From contig CAZHPN010000024.1 of assembly GCA_964534375.1 (NCBI GenBank), forward strand, positions 1-46,271: 46,271 nucleotides of DNA. The letters run 5' to 3'. The notes below the pieces were generated by a model. It worked only from the letters and a program-made list of their open reading frames with translations. It did not search any database and was not told the DNA's origin. This DNA comes from an uncultured bacterium (GTDB taxonomy: Bacteria > Lernaellota > Lernaellaia > Lernaellales > Lernaellaceae). Positions 28,583 through 37,918 of the stretch are shown here, piece by piece; positions within the stretch are counted from its first letter, which is position 1, and each line of letters opens with the position of its first letter. A program made the position numbers and the translations under genes.

Positions 28583-29038
28583 ATGCTCGTCCTGTATTTC
28601 GCCATCGGGCCGCAACGCTGCGCGATCGAAAGCCGGGTGGTGATCGAGGTGACGCCGCGGGTGCAACTCGCCGCGGCGGCGCTGGCGCCCGCGCACGTCG
28701 CCGGGTTCTTCAACTTCCGCGGCGCGATCGTGCCGGTGATCGACCTGTGCCGGCTGTTTCTCGAGCGGCCGTGCCGCGACGCGTTCAGCACGCGCATCGT
28801 CGTGGTTCGCTACCCCGAGGCAAACGGCTGCGGGCGGCCGCTCGGTTTGCTGGCGGAAGGCGTGGTTTCGACAGGCAAGATCAACCCGACGAAGTTGAAG
28901 GACGCGGGGCTGGCAATTCCCAACGCGCCGTTCCTGGGCCAGGTGCACGCGCAGGAGCAGGCCATCGTCCAGTTCGTGCGCGTCGAGCAGTTGTTGACCG
29001 CGGAATTGAAAAGCATCCTCTTTCAGGATCGGCCATGA
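28583..29038 (+). CDS. cheW: CheW-domain protein (WspB-like)
   Basis: VAGFFNFRGAIVPVIDL, STRIVVV, LGLLAE. Confidence 0.9.
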   Translation: MLVLYFAIGPQRCAIESRVVIEVTPRVQLAAAALAPAHVAGFFNFRGAIVPVIDLCRLFLERPCRDAFSTRIVVVRYPEANGCGRPLGLLAEGVVSTGKINPTKLKDAGLAIPNAPFLGQVHAQEQAIVQFVRVEQLLTAELKSILFQDRP

Positions 29039-30318
29039 ACACGGCGGCGATCGAAAGTTTGCTCCGGCGCGAGATCGGGTTGGACATCGACTCGATCGGC
29101 GTAATCTGCTGCGAGACAGCCGTCCGCGCCCGTCTGGCGGCGCTGGGCGTCGCCGACGCCGACCGCTATCCGGAGATCCTCGCGGCGTCGCGGGAGGAAC
29201 TGGACCGCTTCATCGACGAAATCACAGTGCCGGAGACGTGGTTTCTGCGCAACGTCGAACAGTTCAACCACTTGACAAGCTACGCCATTGGCGAATTCCT
29301 GCCGGCGGGCCTCAACCGCCCGTTGCGGCTGCTGAGCGTCCCGTGTTCGACCGGCGAAGAGCCGTATTCGATCGCGATCGCGCTGATGGACGCGGGCCTG
29401 AACGCGTCGTCGTTCCACGTGGACGCCGTCGACATCAACCAGCGTTCACTGCGCAAAGCGCGCGAGGCGGTCTACGGCGGCGGCTCGTTTCGGGAGCGCG
29501 CCCCGCTCTTTCGCGAGCGGTTTTTCATGGGCCTGCCGAACGGCCGGTTCCGGCTGCGCCCCGAGTTCGCGGCGCCGGTCCGGTTCCTCCACGGCAACCT
29601 GATTGCGCCGGATTTCCTGCGCGGCGAACCGCCCTACGACGTCGCCTTTTGCCGTAATTTGCTGATTTACCTGGAGCGGCCGGCGCAGGAGGCGGCGCTC
29701 GCCGCGCTCCGGCGCGTCGTGTGCAAACACGGGCTGATCTTCGTCGGCCATGCGGAAACCACCGCGCTCGTCGAGAAGAATTTCGAAGCCGTACGGACGC
29801 CGCACGCCTTCGCCTACCGCAATGCGCCGCCGGTGCGGCCGACGCCGCTGGCGGAGCGGCGGGCGGCGAGCAAGGTCTCGGTCCGCGCCGGGCCGCTGGC
29901 GGGCGGACAGCCGACGGCGACGAGCGCGAGCCCGCCGCCGCCGCACGCGCCGGCGGCCACGCCGGAACTGCCGCGCGCGGCGGTGAGGACCGACGAGCGT
30001 GAGGCCCTGCTCGCGCTGGCCGAGTCGCTGGCCGACCAGGGCCGGCTGGCAGAGGCGGAGAACCTCTGCGGGAAGCTGGCGCAAGAGGACCCGATGGAGC
30101 CGCACGCGCTGTTCCTGCTGGGGATCATCGCGCGCGCCAAGGGCGATCTGCCGGCCGCCGAAGCCTGCCTGCGGAAAGTGCTCTATCTCGACGCCGCGCA
30201 CCCGGACGCGCTGCTTCACCTCGCTTTTCTGCTGGAGCGCCAGGGCCAGTTTGACGCGGCGGAACGCTTGCGCGATCGCGGCCGCCGGGCGCGGCACGAC
30301 GGGAAGGCCACTCCATGA
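29035..30318 (+). CDS. cheR: CheR methyltransferase with C-terminal TPR (WspC-like)
   Basis: VPETWFLR, SVPCSTGEEPYSIA, FCRNLLIY, GHAE; TPR ending RKVLYLD. Confidence 0.92.
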   Translation: MNTAAIESLLRREIGLDIDSIGVICCETAVRARLAALGVADADRYPEILAASREELDRFIDEITVPETWFLRNVEQFNHLTSYAIGEFLPAGLNRPLRLLSVPCSTGEEPYSIAIALMDAGLNASSFHVDAVDINQRSLRKAREAVYGGGSFRERAPLFRERFFMGLPNGRFRLRPEFAAPVRFLHGNLIAPDFLRGEPPYDVAFCRNLLIYLERPAQEAALAALRRVVCKHGLIFVGHAETTALVEKNFEAVRTPHAFAYRNAPPVRPTPLAERRAASKVSVRAGPLAGGQPTATSASPPPPHAPAATPELPRAAVRTDEREALLALAESLADQGRLAEAENLCGKLAQEDPMEPHALFLLGIIARAKGDLPAAEACLRKVLYLDAAHPDALLHLAFLLERQGQFDAAERLRDRGRRARHDGKATP

Positions 30319-30998
30319 CTGAGATCCCGGACGAGCGGCGCAGCGTCCCCTGCTGGCAGGGCATCGGCATCGCCGGCAATCAATCCTGCGCCAAGCTGGG
30401 CGAGTTCGTGCATTGCCGCAACTGCCCGACGTACGTCGAGCGGGGGCTGGCGCTGCTGGAACGGCCGGCGCCAGCCGACTATGCGAGCCGCTGGACGGAG
30501 ATTCTCGCCGCCGAGAAAAGCGCGGAATTGCCCGCCCGGCGGCCGGCGACGGCGTTGGTCTTCCGCATCAACCGGCAATGGCTGGCGCTGCCGGCGGACT
30601 GCGTCACGGCAGTGACGCGGCGACTGCCGGTCTGCCCCGTGCCGCATCGTGCGGGCGGTCAACTGCAAGGCTTGGTGAACGTGCAGGGCGTGCTGCGGTT
30701 GTGCGTATCGATCCATGACTTTTTCGATGGCGCCGCGGCGCCGCCGGGAGCCGCGGCTGAAGCTGCGGCCGGCCCCTGCATGCTGATGGTCGAAAACGGC
30801 GGCGAAAACTGGGTGTTCGGCGTGGACGAAGTGGCCGGCCTGCACGACTATCGGCCGGAAGCGGTGCAGAACACGCCCGTCACGGCGACGAAGACGGCGG
30901 ACCGGCTGAGCGCCGGCGCTATTCCCTGGCAAAAAGGCATGCTCGGAATTCTCGACGCCGCGAAGTTTTTCGCCGCCTTGCGGAGGATCCTGGCGTGA
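30315..30998 (+). CDS. cheW: CheW-domain protein with Cys/His-rich N-terminus (WspD-like)
   Basis: CWQGIGIAGNQSC...HCRNC followed by a CheW domain (VPHR...GLVNVQG). Confidence 0.9.
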   Translation: MTEIPDERRSVPCWQGIGIAGNQSCAKLGEFVHCRNCPTYVERGLALLERPAPADYASRWTEILAAEKSAELPARRPATALVFRINRQWLALPADCVTAVTRRLPVCPVPHRAGGQLQGLVNVQGVLRLCVSIHDFFDGAAAPPGAAAEAAAGPCMLMVENGGENWVFGVDEVAGLHDYRPEAVQNTPVTATKTADRLSAGAIPWQKGMLGILDAAKFFAALRRILA

Positions 30999-33679
30999 GC
31001 GGCGCGGAGCGGCGGGCAACCTCGATGTTCGATCTTTTCCGCCAGGAGGTGGCCGTCCACGCTGCGGCGCTGGAGCAACAACTTGCCGGGTCCGACCCGG
31101 CGACCGCCGCGGCGACCCGGGCGGCCCGTTCGATCCGCGGCGCCGCGCGGCTGGCCGGCGCGAACGCCGCGGCCGATCTGGCGCAGGCCATCGAAGAAGC
31201 CTGCGGCCAGGCGGAGACGCGGTCGGCGGCGCTCGGGCCGCCGCAGCGGTCGTTGTTGCAAGAGGCGGTGGCAATGGTGCGGCGCATCGCGGCGGCGAAG
31301 GACGAGGAAATTGCCGGCTGGCGCGCCGCCAACGCAACCGATTTCGACCGGCTGCTGGCGGCGCTGCGCCAGACACCGGCGATCGAGCCCGCGCCGGCCC
31401 GGAAACCCGAGGCCGCGCCGGCGCCGGCCTGCGAACCCGCCGATACGTCGCTGCTGGGTCTGTTTCTGCAAGAGGTTCGGATGCACGCGGCGGCGCTCGG
31501 CGACGGCCTGCTGGCGGTCGAGCGCGAGCCGCAGTCGCTGCCGCTGATCGAGCCGCTGATGCGCGCGGCCCATTCGATCAAAGGCGCCGCGCGCATCCTG
31601 GGCATCGGCCCGCTGGTCGAACTGGCGCACGCGATGGAAGACAGCTTCATCGCCGCTCAATCCGGCGCGTTCCCGATCGGTGGCGATTTTATCGACGCCT
31701 CGCTGCAGGCCGTCGATTTTTTTCAGGCGCTGGCGCAGACGGGCGAACGCGACGTGCCGCACTGGCTGACGGCGCAATCGGCCGAGTTCTCGCGCCTGGC
31801 GCAGCAGATCCGAGATGGCCGGAACGCCGCGACCGCTGCGGCGCCCGCGCCGGCTGCGACGGCCGTGCCGGTCGCGGTGCCCGCGCCGGTCGCGGCGGAG
31901 CCACCCCCGCCGAAGCCGGCTCCCGGGCCGGCGCCGGATTCGGCGGCGCCCGACGTACAGGTTGCGGCGGCGAACCTGAGCGGCCTCATGGGCCTGTCGG
32001 GCGAAATATTGGTTGAGACCCGGCGTCTGGGGGTGCTCGGCGACGCGTTGCGGCAGGTGCAGGCGCGGCAGCGGCAGCTCGGCGCGCTGCTGGAGGCGGT
32101 GGAACACGCGGAAAACGCCGGGCTGGCGGGCCGGCGGCGCGGTCTGTTCCAAGAGGCGCGGCAAAAGGCGGCGGCCTGCGCGCAACTCATCGCCGCTCAG
32201 GTGGAAAATTTCGGGCCGGCCGTTTCGCGGCTGGACGATCTGTCCGAGCGCCTGCACGTGCAAGTGCTCGCCAGCCGCATGCGGCCGTTCCGCGACGGCG
32301 TGAAGGGTTTCCCGCGGCTGGTCCGCGATTTGGCCCGCGATTTGGGCAAAAAGGTGAAGCTCGAAATTGTCGGGGCGAACGTCGAGGTGGATCGCGACGT
32401 GCTGGCGCAGCTCGAGACGCCGTTGAACCACATGCTGCGCAACGCGGTGGACCACGGTCTGGAATCGCCGGAAGAGCGGGGCGCCGCGCGCAAGCCGCTC
32501 GAGGGGCGGATCAGCCTCGAGGCGCGCCATCACGCGGGCATGCTGGCGATCACGGTCGCGGACGACGGCCGCGGCATCGACGCCCGGCGCGTGCGGGAAA
32601 AGGTCGTCGAAAAAAGGCTGCTGGCGTCGGATGTGGCGAACCGCCTGACCAAGACCGAGTTGTTGTCGTTTCTGTTCTTGCCCGGGTTCACGACGGCGGA
32701 AAAGGTGACGCACGTTTCGGGCCGCGGCGTCGGGCTGGACGTGGTGCGCACGATGATCCAGGAACTGCGCGGGTCGGTGCGCGTCACGACGAAGGTGGGC
32801 GAGGGCGCCACGTTCCACATCAAACTGCCGCTCAGCCTCTCGGTGATCCGCGTGCTGTTCGTCGAGATCGGCGGGCGGTTGTTCGCGCTGCCGCTGAGCC
32901 GGCTGGATCGCATTCTGGCGCTGCCGGCGGAAACGATTCACGTGCTGGAGAACCGGCAATACATCAAGCTGGACGGCCGGAACATCAGCCTCGTCTCGGC
33001 GCAGCAGATTCTCGGCACGGCCGAAAACCCGACGCGCCGGGGCACTGTGAACGTGGTCGTCGTCAGCGATCAATCCGACGGCTTTGGCCTCGTGGTCGAT
33101 CGGTTCGTCGAGACGCGCGACCTGGCCATCCGCCCGCTCGACCCGCGCCTCGGCAAAGTGCACGACATCGCCGCGGCGGCGATCATGGAGAACGGCGAGC
33201 CCGTGCTGATCGTCGACGCCGACGATCTGGTGCGTTCGATCGACAATCTGCTCAGCGCCGGCCGATTGAAAAAAATCCAGCCCGCGTTGCACGAGGCGCC
33301 GCGGCCCCGCAAGCGCATCCTGGTCGTCGACGACTCGATCACGGTGCGCGAGACGCAACGGCAAGTCCTCGAACACCGCGGCTACGACGTCAAGACCGCG
33401 GTAGACGGGGCGGATGCGTGGCACGCGCTGCGGGCCGGCGCGTTCGATCTGGTCGTCTCCGACGTCGATATGCCGGGCATGAACGGGCTCGAACTGGTCA
33501 AACTCATCAAAGACGATCCGGCGCGCAAGAAGCTGCCCGTCGTCATCGTTTCCTACAAGGACCGCGAAGAGGATCGCCGGCGCGGGCTGGAAGCCGGCGC
33601 CGACTACTATCTAACCAAAGGCAGCTTCCACGACGACACGCTGATCCAGGCGGTCGTCGATTTGATTGGCGAGGCATAA
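30995..33679 (+). CDS. cheA: Hybrid CheA kinase-receiver (WspE-like) with two Hpt-like domains
   Basis: AAHSIKGAA Hpt, RNAVDHG, DDGRGID, FLPGFTT, SGRGVGLDVV, CheW domain, C-terminal receiver (VVDDS, SDVDMP). Start GTG 30995 or ATG 31025. Confidence 0.94.
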   Translation: MSGAERRATSMFDLFRQEVAVHAAALEQQLAGSDPATAAATRAARSIRGAARLAGANAAADLAQAIEEACGQAETRSAALGPPQRSLLQEAVAMVRRIAAAKDEEIAGWRAANATDFDRLLAALRQTPAIEPAPARKPEAAPAPACEPADTSLLGLFLQEVRMHAAALGDGLLAVEREPQSLPLIEPLMRAAHSIKGAARILGIGPLVELAHAMEDSFIAAQSGAFPIGGDFIDASLQAVDFFQALAQTGERDVPHWLTAQSAEFSRLAQQIRDGRNAATAAAPAPAATAVPVAVPAPVAAEPPPPKPAPGPAPDSAAPDVQVAAANLSGLMGLSGEILVETRRLGVLGDALRQVQARQRQLGALLEAVEHAENAGLAGRRRGLFQEARQKAAACAQLIAAQVENFGPAVSRLDDLSERLHVQVLASRMRPFRDGVKGFPRLVRDLARDLGKKVKLEIVGANVEVDRDVLAQLETPLNHMLRNAVDHGLESPEERGAARKPLEGRISLEARHHAGMLAITVADDGRGIDARRVREKVVEKRLLASDVANRLTKTELLSFLFLPGFTTAEKVTHVSGRGVGLDVVRTMIQELRGSVRVTTKVGEGATFHIKLPLSLSVIRVLFVEIGGRLFALPLSRLDRILALPAETIHVLENRQYIKLDGRNISLVSAQQILGTAENPTRRGTVNVVVVSDQSDGFGLVVDRFVETRDLAIRPLDPRLGKVHDIAAAAIMENGEPVLIVDADDLVRSIDNLLSAGRLKKIQPALHEAPRPRKRILVVDDSITVRETQRQVLEHRGYDVKTAVDGADAWHALRAGAFDLVVSDVDMPGMNGLELVKLIKDDPARKKLPVVIVSYKDREEDRRRGLEAGADYYLTKGSFHDDTLIQAVVDLIGEA

Positions 33680-34715
33680 AATTCGAATTGCAATTGTGGA
33701 CGATTCCGCGTTGGCGCGCGACGGTTTGCGGCGGGTCGTGAAGCTGATGCCGGAACACGAACTGATCTGGATCGCGCGAAACGGCGCTGAGGCCGTGCAA
33801 AAGGCGCGGGAAAATCGGCCGGACCTGGTGCTGATGGACCTGATCATGCCCGAGATGGGCGGCGTCGAGGCCACGCGGCTGATCATGACGCACGCGCCGT
33901 GCGCGATTTTGCTTGTCACCGCCTCCGCTAACGACCGCTTGTCCACGGTTTACGACGCGATGAGCCATGGCGCGCTCGACGTCGTGACGACCCCGACCCT
34001 CGGCTGGGAGGGGCAGCTCGAGGGCGCCAAACCCCTGCTCGCCAAAATCCGCATGATCGCCCGGTTGCTCGGGCTCGCCAATCAAAAGACCGTCCTGCCG
34101 GCGCTCCCCGAGAAACGGCCCGCGGCGGACGCGGCGTTGCCGGACGGCGTGCCGCGCGTGATCGCCATCGGCGCCTCGACCGGCGGCCCGCAGGCGCTGG
34201 CGGAGTTGCTGGCGCAGGCGCCGCCCGATCTCGCGGCCGCGGTGTTGATCGCGCAGCACGTGGACATGGAATTCGCCGGCGGACTCGCCGCATGGCTGAA
34301 CGACCGCATTCCGCTGCCGGTCGAATTGGCGCGGGAGGATTGCGCGCCGCAGGCGGGCGCGGTGTATCTCGCCGGCACGCGGGACCACTTGGTGGTCAAG
34401 GCCAATCGACGGCTCGGCTACGTCGCGGAGCCGCTCGATTACTACTATCGTCCGTCGGCCGACGAGTTGTTCAAGAGCGTCGCCCGGCACTGGCCGGCGA
34501 AGGGCGCCGGCGTCCTACTGACCGGCATGGGGCGCGACGGCGCCGCCGGTCTGCTGGCCCTGCGCGGCAGCGGCTGGCACACGATCGCCCAGAACGAAGC
34601 GTCGTGCGTCGTCTACGGCATGCCGAAAGCCGCGGCCCAATGCGGGGCCGCTTGCGAAGTGCTGCCGCTGGACGAGATCGGCCGGTCGCTCTATTCGCGG
34701 TTCGTTCGCTTCTAA
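33666..34715 (+). CDS. cheB: CheB response regulator-methylesterase (WspF-like)
   Basis: Receiver (MDLIMP), GASTGGP, AQH, LTGMGRDG, YGMPKAA. Start codon ambiguous (TTG 33666 or ATT 33681). Confidence 0.93.
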   Translation: MARHKIRIAIVDDSALARDGLRRVVKLMPEHELIWIARNGAEAVQKARENRPDLVLMDLIMPEMGGVEATRLIMTHAPCAILLVTASANDRLSTVYDAMSHGALDVVTTPTLGWEGQLEGAKPLLAKIRMIARLLGLANQKTVLPALPEKRPAADAALPDGVPRVIAIGASTGGPQALAELLAQAPPDLAAAVLIAQHVDMEFAGGLAAWLNDRIPLPVELAREDCAPQAGAVYLAGTRDHLVVKANRRLGYVAEPLDYYYRPSADELFKSVARHWPAKGAGVLLTGMGRDGAAGLLALRGSGWHTIAQNEASCVVYGMPKAAAQCGAACEVLPLDEIGRSLYSRFVRF

Positions 34716-34736
34716 CCTGACGCGGGGAGGATTCCA

Positions 34737-35870
34737 ATGATCGCCGAAGCCGAAATGACCACGGACGCCCGAGGTTTCATGAACGAGCACGCCGTGCGCG
34801 TGCTGCTGGTCGACGACCAGCCGCTCGTCGGCGAAACGGTGCGCCGCATGCTGGCGGCGGAGCCAAATCTCGCATTCCGATATCTGGGCGACCCGCTGCA
34901 GGCGATGCAGATCGCCGGCGAATTCGCGCCGACAATCATTTTGCAGGATCTCGTCATGCCGCAGATTGACGGCATCACGCTGGTCAAATTTTTTCGCGCC
35001 AACCCCGCCACGCGGGACATTCCGATGGTCGTGCTCTCGACGCGCGAGGAGCCGGTCACCAAGGCCGAGGCCTTCGCGGCCGGGGCGAACGATTATCTGA
35101 TCAAATTGCCCGATCCGCTCGAGATGATCGCCCGCATCAAATATCACTCGCAGAACTACATCACGCTGCTGCAGCGCAACGAGGCTTACCAGGCGCTGGC
35201 CGGAGTTGCCCACGACATCAAGAACATCCTTACGGGCATCAAGGGCGGCGCGTTCCTGATCGACGAGGCCCTAGGCGCCAACAATCTGGAGATGCTCAAA
35301 CCCGGCTGGCAGGTGGTCAAAATCTGCCAGGATCGCATCTTTCAACTCGTCTTCAACATGCTCGACTACAGCAAAGAACGTACGCCCCGGTACGAAACCG
35401 TCGATCTCGAAGAAACCCTCGGCAACGTGCGCGACCTGATCGAACTGCGCGGGCGGGACGACGGCGTCGCCGCGGCGCTCGAAATTCACCCCGCCGCCCG
35501 GACGGTCGAGGCCGAGGGGCTGAGCGTCCATCGCTGCGTGCTGAATCTGGCGAGCAACGCGCTCGACGCGATTTGCGAGTGCGGGGAGCCGAGCGCCGGC
35601 AAAGTGACCATTCGCACCCGCCCCGGCGACGCCGCGGGCTATCTCGCAATCGACGTGCAGGACAACGGGCCGGGGATACCGCCGGAGAAGATCGGCTGCC
35701 TGTTTCAGGCGTTCAGCAGCAGCAAGGGCGCGAAGGGGACCGGGCTGGGCCTGGCGGTTTCGAAAAAGATCGCCACCGAGCACCACGGCAGCATTTCCGT
35801 GGCCTCGACCGTCGGCGCGGGGACCACGTTCACGATTCATTTGCCGGCGAAGGAACCGCGAGAGGAATAA
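34737..35870 (+). CDS. WspR-like receiver fused to a histidine kinase (REC-HisKA-HATPase)
   Basis: VLLVDDQ, LQDLVMP, GANDYLIKLPD, ARIKYHS; then AHDIKN, NLASNALDA, DNGPGI, GTGLGL. Confidence 0.9.
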   Translation: MIAEAEMTTDARGFMNEHAVRVLLVDDQPLVGETVRRMLAAEPNLAFRYLGDPLQAMQIAGEFAPTIILQDLVMPQIDGITLVKFFRANPATRDIPMVVLSTREEPVTKAEAFAAGANDYLIKLPDPLEMIARIKYHSQNYITLLQRNEAYQALAGVAHDIKNILTGIKGGAFLIDEALGANNLEMLKPGWQVVKICQDRIFQLVFNMLDYSKERTPRYETVDLEETLGNVRDLIELRGRDDGVAAALEIHPAARTVEAEGLSVHRCVLNLASNALDAICECGEPSAGKVTIRTRPGDAAGYLAIDVQDNGPGIPPEKIGCLFQAFSSSKGAKGTGLGLAVSKKIATEHHGSISVASTVGAGTTFTIHLPAKEPREE

Positions 35871-35875
35871 TCGGA

Positions 35876-35903
35876 AAGGAAGAAGGAAAAAGGAAAAAGG
35901 AAA
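35876..35903. repeat. Four purine heptamers AAGGAA(A/G)
   Basis: AAGGAAG AAGGAAA AAGGAAA AAGGAAA starting 5 nt after the 35870 stop. Confidence 0.75.
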
Positions 35904-36084
35904 AAATAGCGCAGCGGACGGAGGAAAAAGGGGCGATCACCGTTTAGGAAGGGGGCGCCCGCCGGTCCCAGGTCGCAAACGTGGTGGACTGCCGAGGGCG
36001 GCTGCACTCGCAACTCGAGCGAAGCGAACGGCGGTCAGACGTTCGGGCGGGAAAGCGACGGGCGAACCGGGCGGCGCGGGGTCA

Positions 36085-36279
36085 TCAAGCCGGTTTGTGG
36101 ACGCGGTTGGAGCGAATGCACCGGGTGCAAACGCGTTTCCGCGTGGTGTTGCCCTTGTCGTCGGTGGTGCGGATTTGTTGCAGGTTCGGCAGCCAAATCT
36201 TCCGCGACTTATTGTTGGCGTGGCTCACTTGGTGGCCCAGTTGCCGGCCTTTTCCGCAAATTTCGCAAACTCGCGACAT
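36085..36279 (-). CDS. rpmB: 50S ribosomal protein L28
   Basis: MSRVCEICGK...GHQVSHANNKSRKIWLPNLQ...VCTRCIRS; AGGAG RBS. Confidence 0.97.
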   Translation of the reverse strand: MSRVCEICGKGRQLGHQVSHANNKSRKIWLPNLQQIRTTDDKGNTTRKRVCTRCIRSNRVHKPA

Positions 36280-36377
36280 AAACTTGTCTCCTGTAGACCC
36301 TACTGAAAAATCGGGCGCAAAATATGCCAAAGAAACCGGCGGATTGCAAGCGGCATTTTTTCGCGGGATTTTGGCGG

Positions 36378-37847
36378 CTACGAAAGCTCTTTGACCAGCA
36401 ATTGCGCCGCCATCAGGCCCGTGAAGCCTTCGCCTTCCATGCCCAGGCCGGGCAGGGCGCCCTTGCCGGCGTAAAAGACCTCTTTGTGCGGCGTGCGGTT
36501 GGGCAGGCAGGCGATGCCGAAGCGGTCTTCCGGGTCGATGGCCGGCGACACAGTCGAGCGGCGGATCGCCTGGTACAACGCAAAGCTTTCGTCGTAGGCG
36601 ACGAATTCGGTGAAATCGTCGAGGAACGGCGCCAGGTCGCGCAGGTTATTCAGCAACTGGCCGGCCAACCGGCGCGCTTCCGGCGCGGTCAATTCGCCGG
36701 ATTCGGGCTCGACGACCGTGGTCGCCGCGAGCAGCCGTTTGCCGGCCGGGGCGTAATCGGGGTTGTCGGTCGGGCTGATGCTGACGAAGGCCAGGTTGTC
36801 GGAAGACACCGATTTGCTCGGGTCGGTCAGCAGGATGACGTTCTCGCGCATGCCGACCGGCGCGACGCGGCCGTCGATCGCCACGAACAACGTGAACGTG
36901 TGCCGGCGCGGCGGCGGCGCCTGCAGCCGTTCGCGGAACGCGCCCTTGAGGCTCTTGGCCGCGAATTTTTCGAGAAACGCGCCGACGTCGGTGCAGACCA
37001 GCAGTTTCTTGGCCCGCACGGGCTCCTTGACGCCGCCGAGTTGAATTTCGTTGACGCGGCCGAAGTCGACCGACTCGATCTCCCCGGCCCGTTGCAATTG
37101 CCCGCGGTAGCTGCTGATGCGCTCTTTGCAAATGTCTTCGAGTACGCGCAGCCCGCCTTCGACGTTGAAAATGCCCTTGTTGATGTACGAAAAAATAAAC
37201 GACGCGAAAAACAGGCTCGGATTGTCCGGAAACACCGGCGCGAGAAAATAGTACTGCGCGTCGAGAAACGCGCGCGTCGTCGCCGACAAATGGAAGCTGT
37301 CCAGAAATTCGTTGTAATCGAGGCGGATGCCTTCCTTGAAGTCGGCGCCCAGGTCGCTGCACGCCCGGTTGATCCGCCATTTTTCGCGCAGCGTCGCCGG
37401 CGGATAGATCATCTGTTCGTGCGTCAGCAGGCGGCGCAGCAGGCTGTTGTAGCGGTCCATTTCGTTGAGCATGTTGAGCAGGCCGCCGGCGTCGGCGCCG
37501 AACTCGGAGTGGAGCAGTTTCGTCCATTCCTCGCGCCCCTGCACGATGTCGACCCGCGCCTCGGGCATGGCGACCTGGTAGGCCGGCTGCGCCATCTGGA
37601 ACCGCTTCTTCTCCAGGAACGGGATGCCGAGCTCCAGGAAAATGTCGCTGAACACCTGCCCCTGGCCGAAGCCGTAAAACAGGCCGGGGAAGGGCCGCAG
37701 CGTGTAGCCGTCGCGCTTGACCTGCAGCCGCGCGTTCTCGACGTCGATCACCACGACTTGGAAGCCGCGTTTGACCAGCAACGCCCCTGCGGTCAGGCCC
37801 GCGAGTTCGTTCCCGATGATGGCGACGTCGAAGAGCTTGCCGAGCAT
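36378..37847 (-). CDS. Phytoene dehydrogenase-like FAD-dependent oxidoreductase
   Basis: N-terminal FDVAIIGNELAGLTAGALL (degenerate Rossmann), GG motif, C-terminal RTPHKEVFYAG...PGLGMEG. Confidence 0.75.
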   Translation of the reverse strand: MLGKLFDVAIIGNELAGLTAGALLVKRGFQVVVIDVENARLQVKRDGYTLRPFPGLFYGFGQGQVFSDIFLELGIPFLEKKRFQMAQPAYQVAMPEARVDIVQGREEWTKLLHSEFGADAGGLLNMLNEMDRYNSLLRRLLTHEQMIYPPATLREKWRINRACSDLGADFKEGIRLDYNEFLDSFHLSATTRAFLDAQYYFLAPVFPDNPSLFFASFIFSYINKGIFNVEGGLRVLEDICKERISSYRGQLQRAGEIESVDFGRVNEIQLGGVKEPVRAKKLLVCTDVGAFLEKFAAKSLKGAFRERLQAPPPRRHTFTLFVAIDGRVAPVGMRENVILLTDPSKSVSSDNLAFVSISPTDNPDYAPAGKRLLAATTVVEPESGELTAPEARRLAGQLLNNLRDLAPFLDDFTEFVAYDESFALYQAIRRSTVSPAIDPEDRFGIACLPNRTPHKEVFYAGKGALPGLGMEGEGFTGLMAAQLLVKELS

Positions 37848-37861
37848 CGTACCTCAATCAA

Positions 37862-37899
37862 GATTGCGGAATGCGGATTGCGGAATGCGGATTGCCGAA
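37862..37899. repeat. Tandem heptamers GA(T/A)TGCG, five copies
   Basis: GATTGCG GAATGCG GATTGCG GAATGCG GATTGCC GAA between purM and the oxidoreductase. Confidence 0.85.
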
Positions 37900-37918
37900 C
37901 CCCGAATCCGGAATCCCG

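Noticed and set aside
35950..36084. tRNA or known ncRNA between the Wsp operon and rpmB
   Set aside because: No cloverleaf, T-loop or recognisable SRP, tmRNA or riboswitch motif by eye; an Rfam scan would be decisive.
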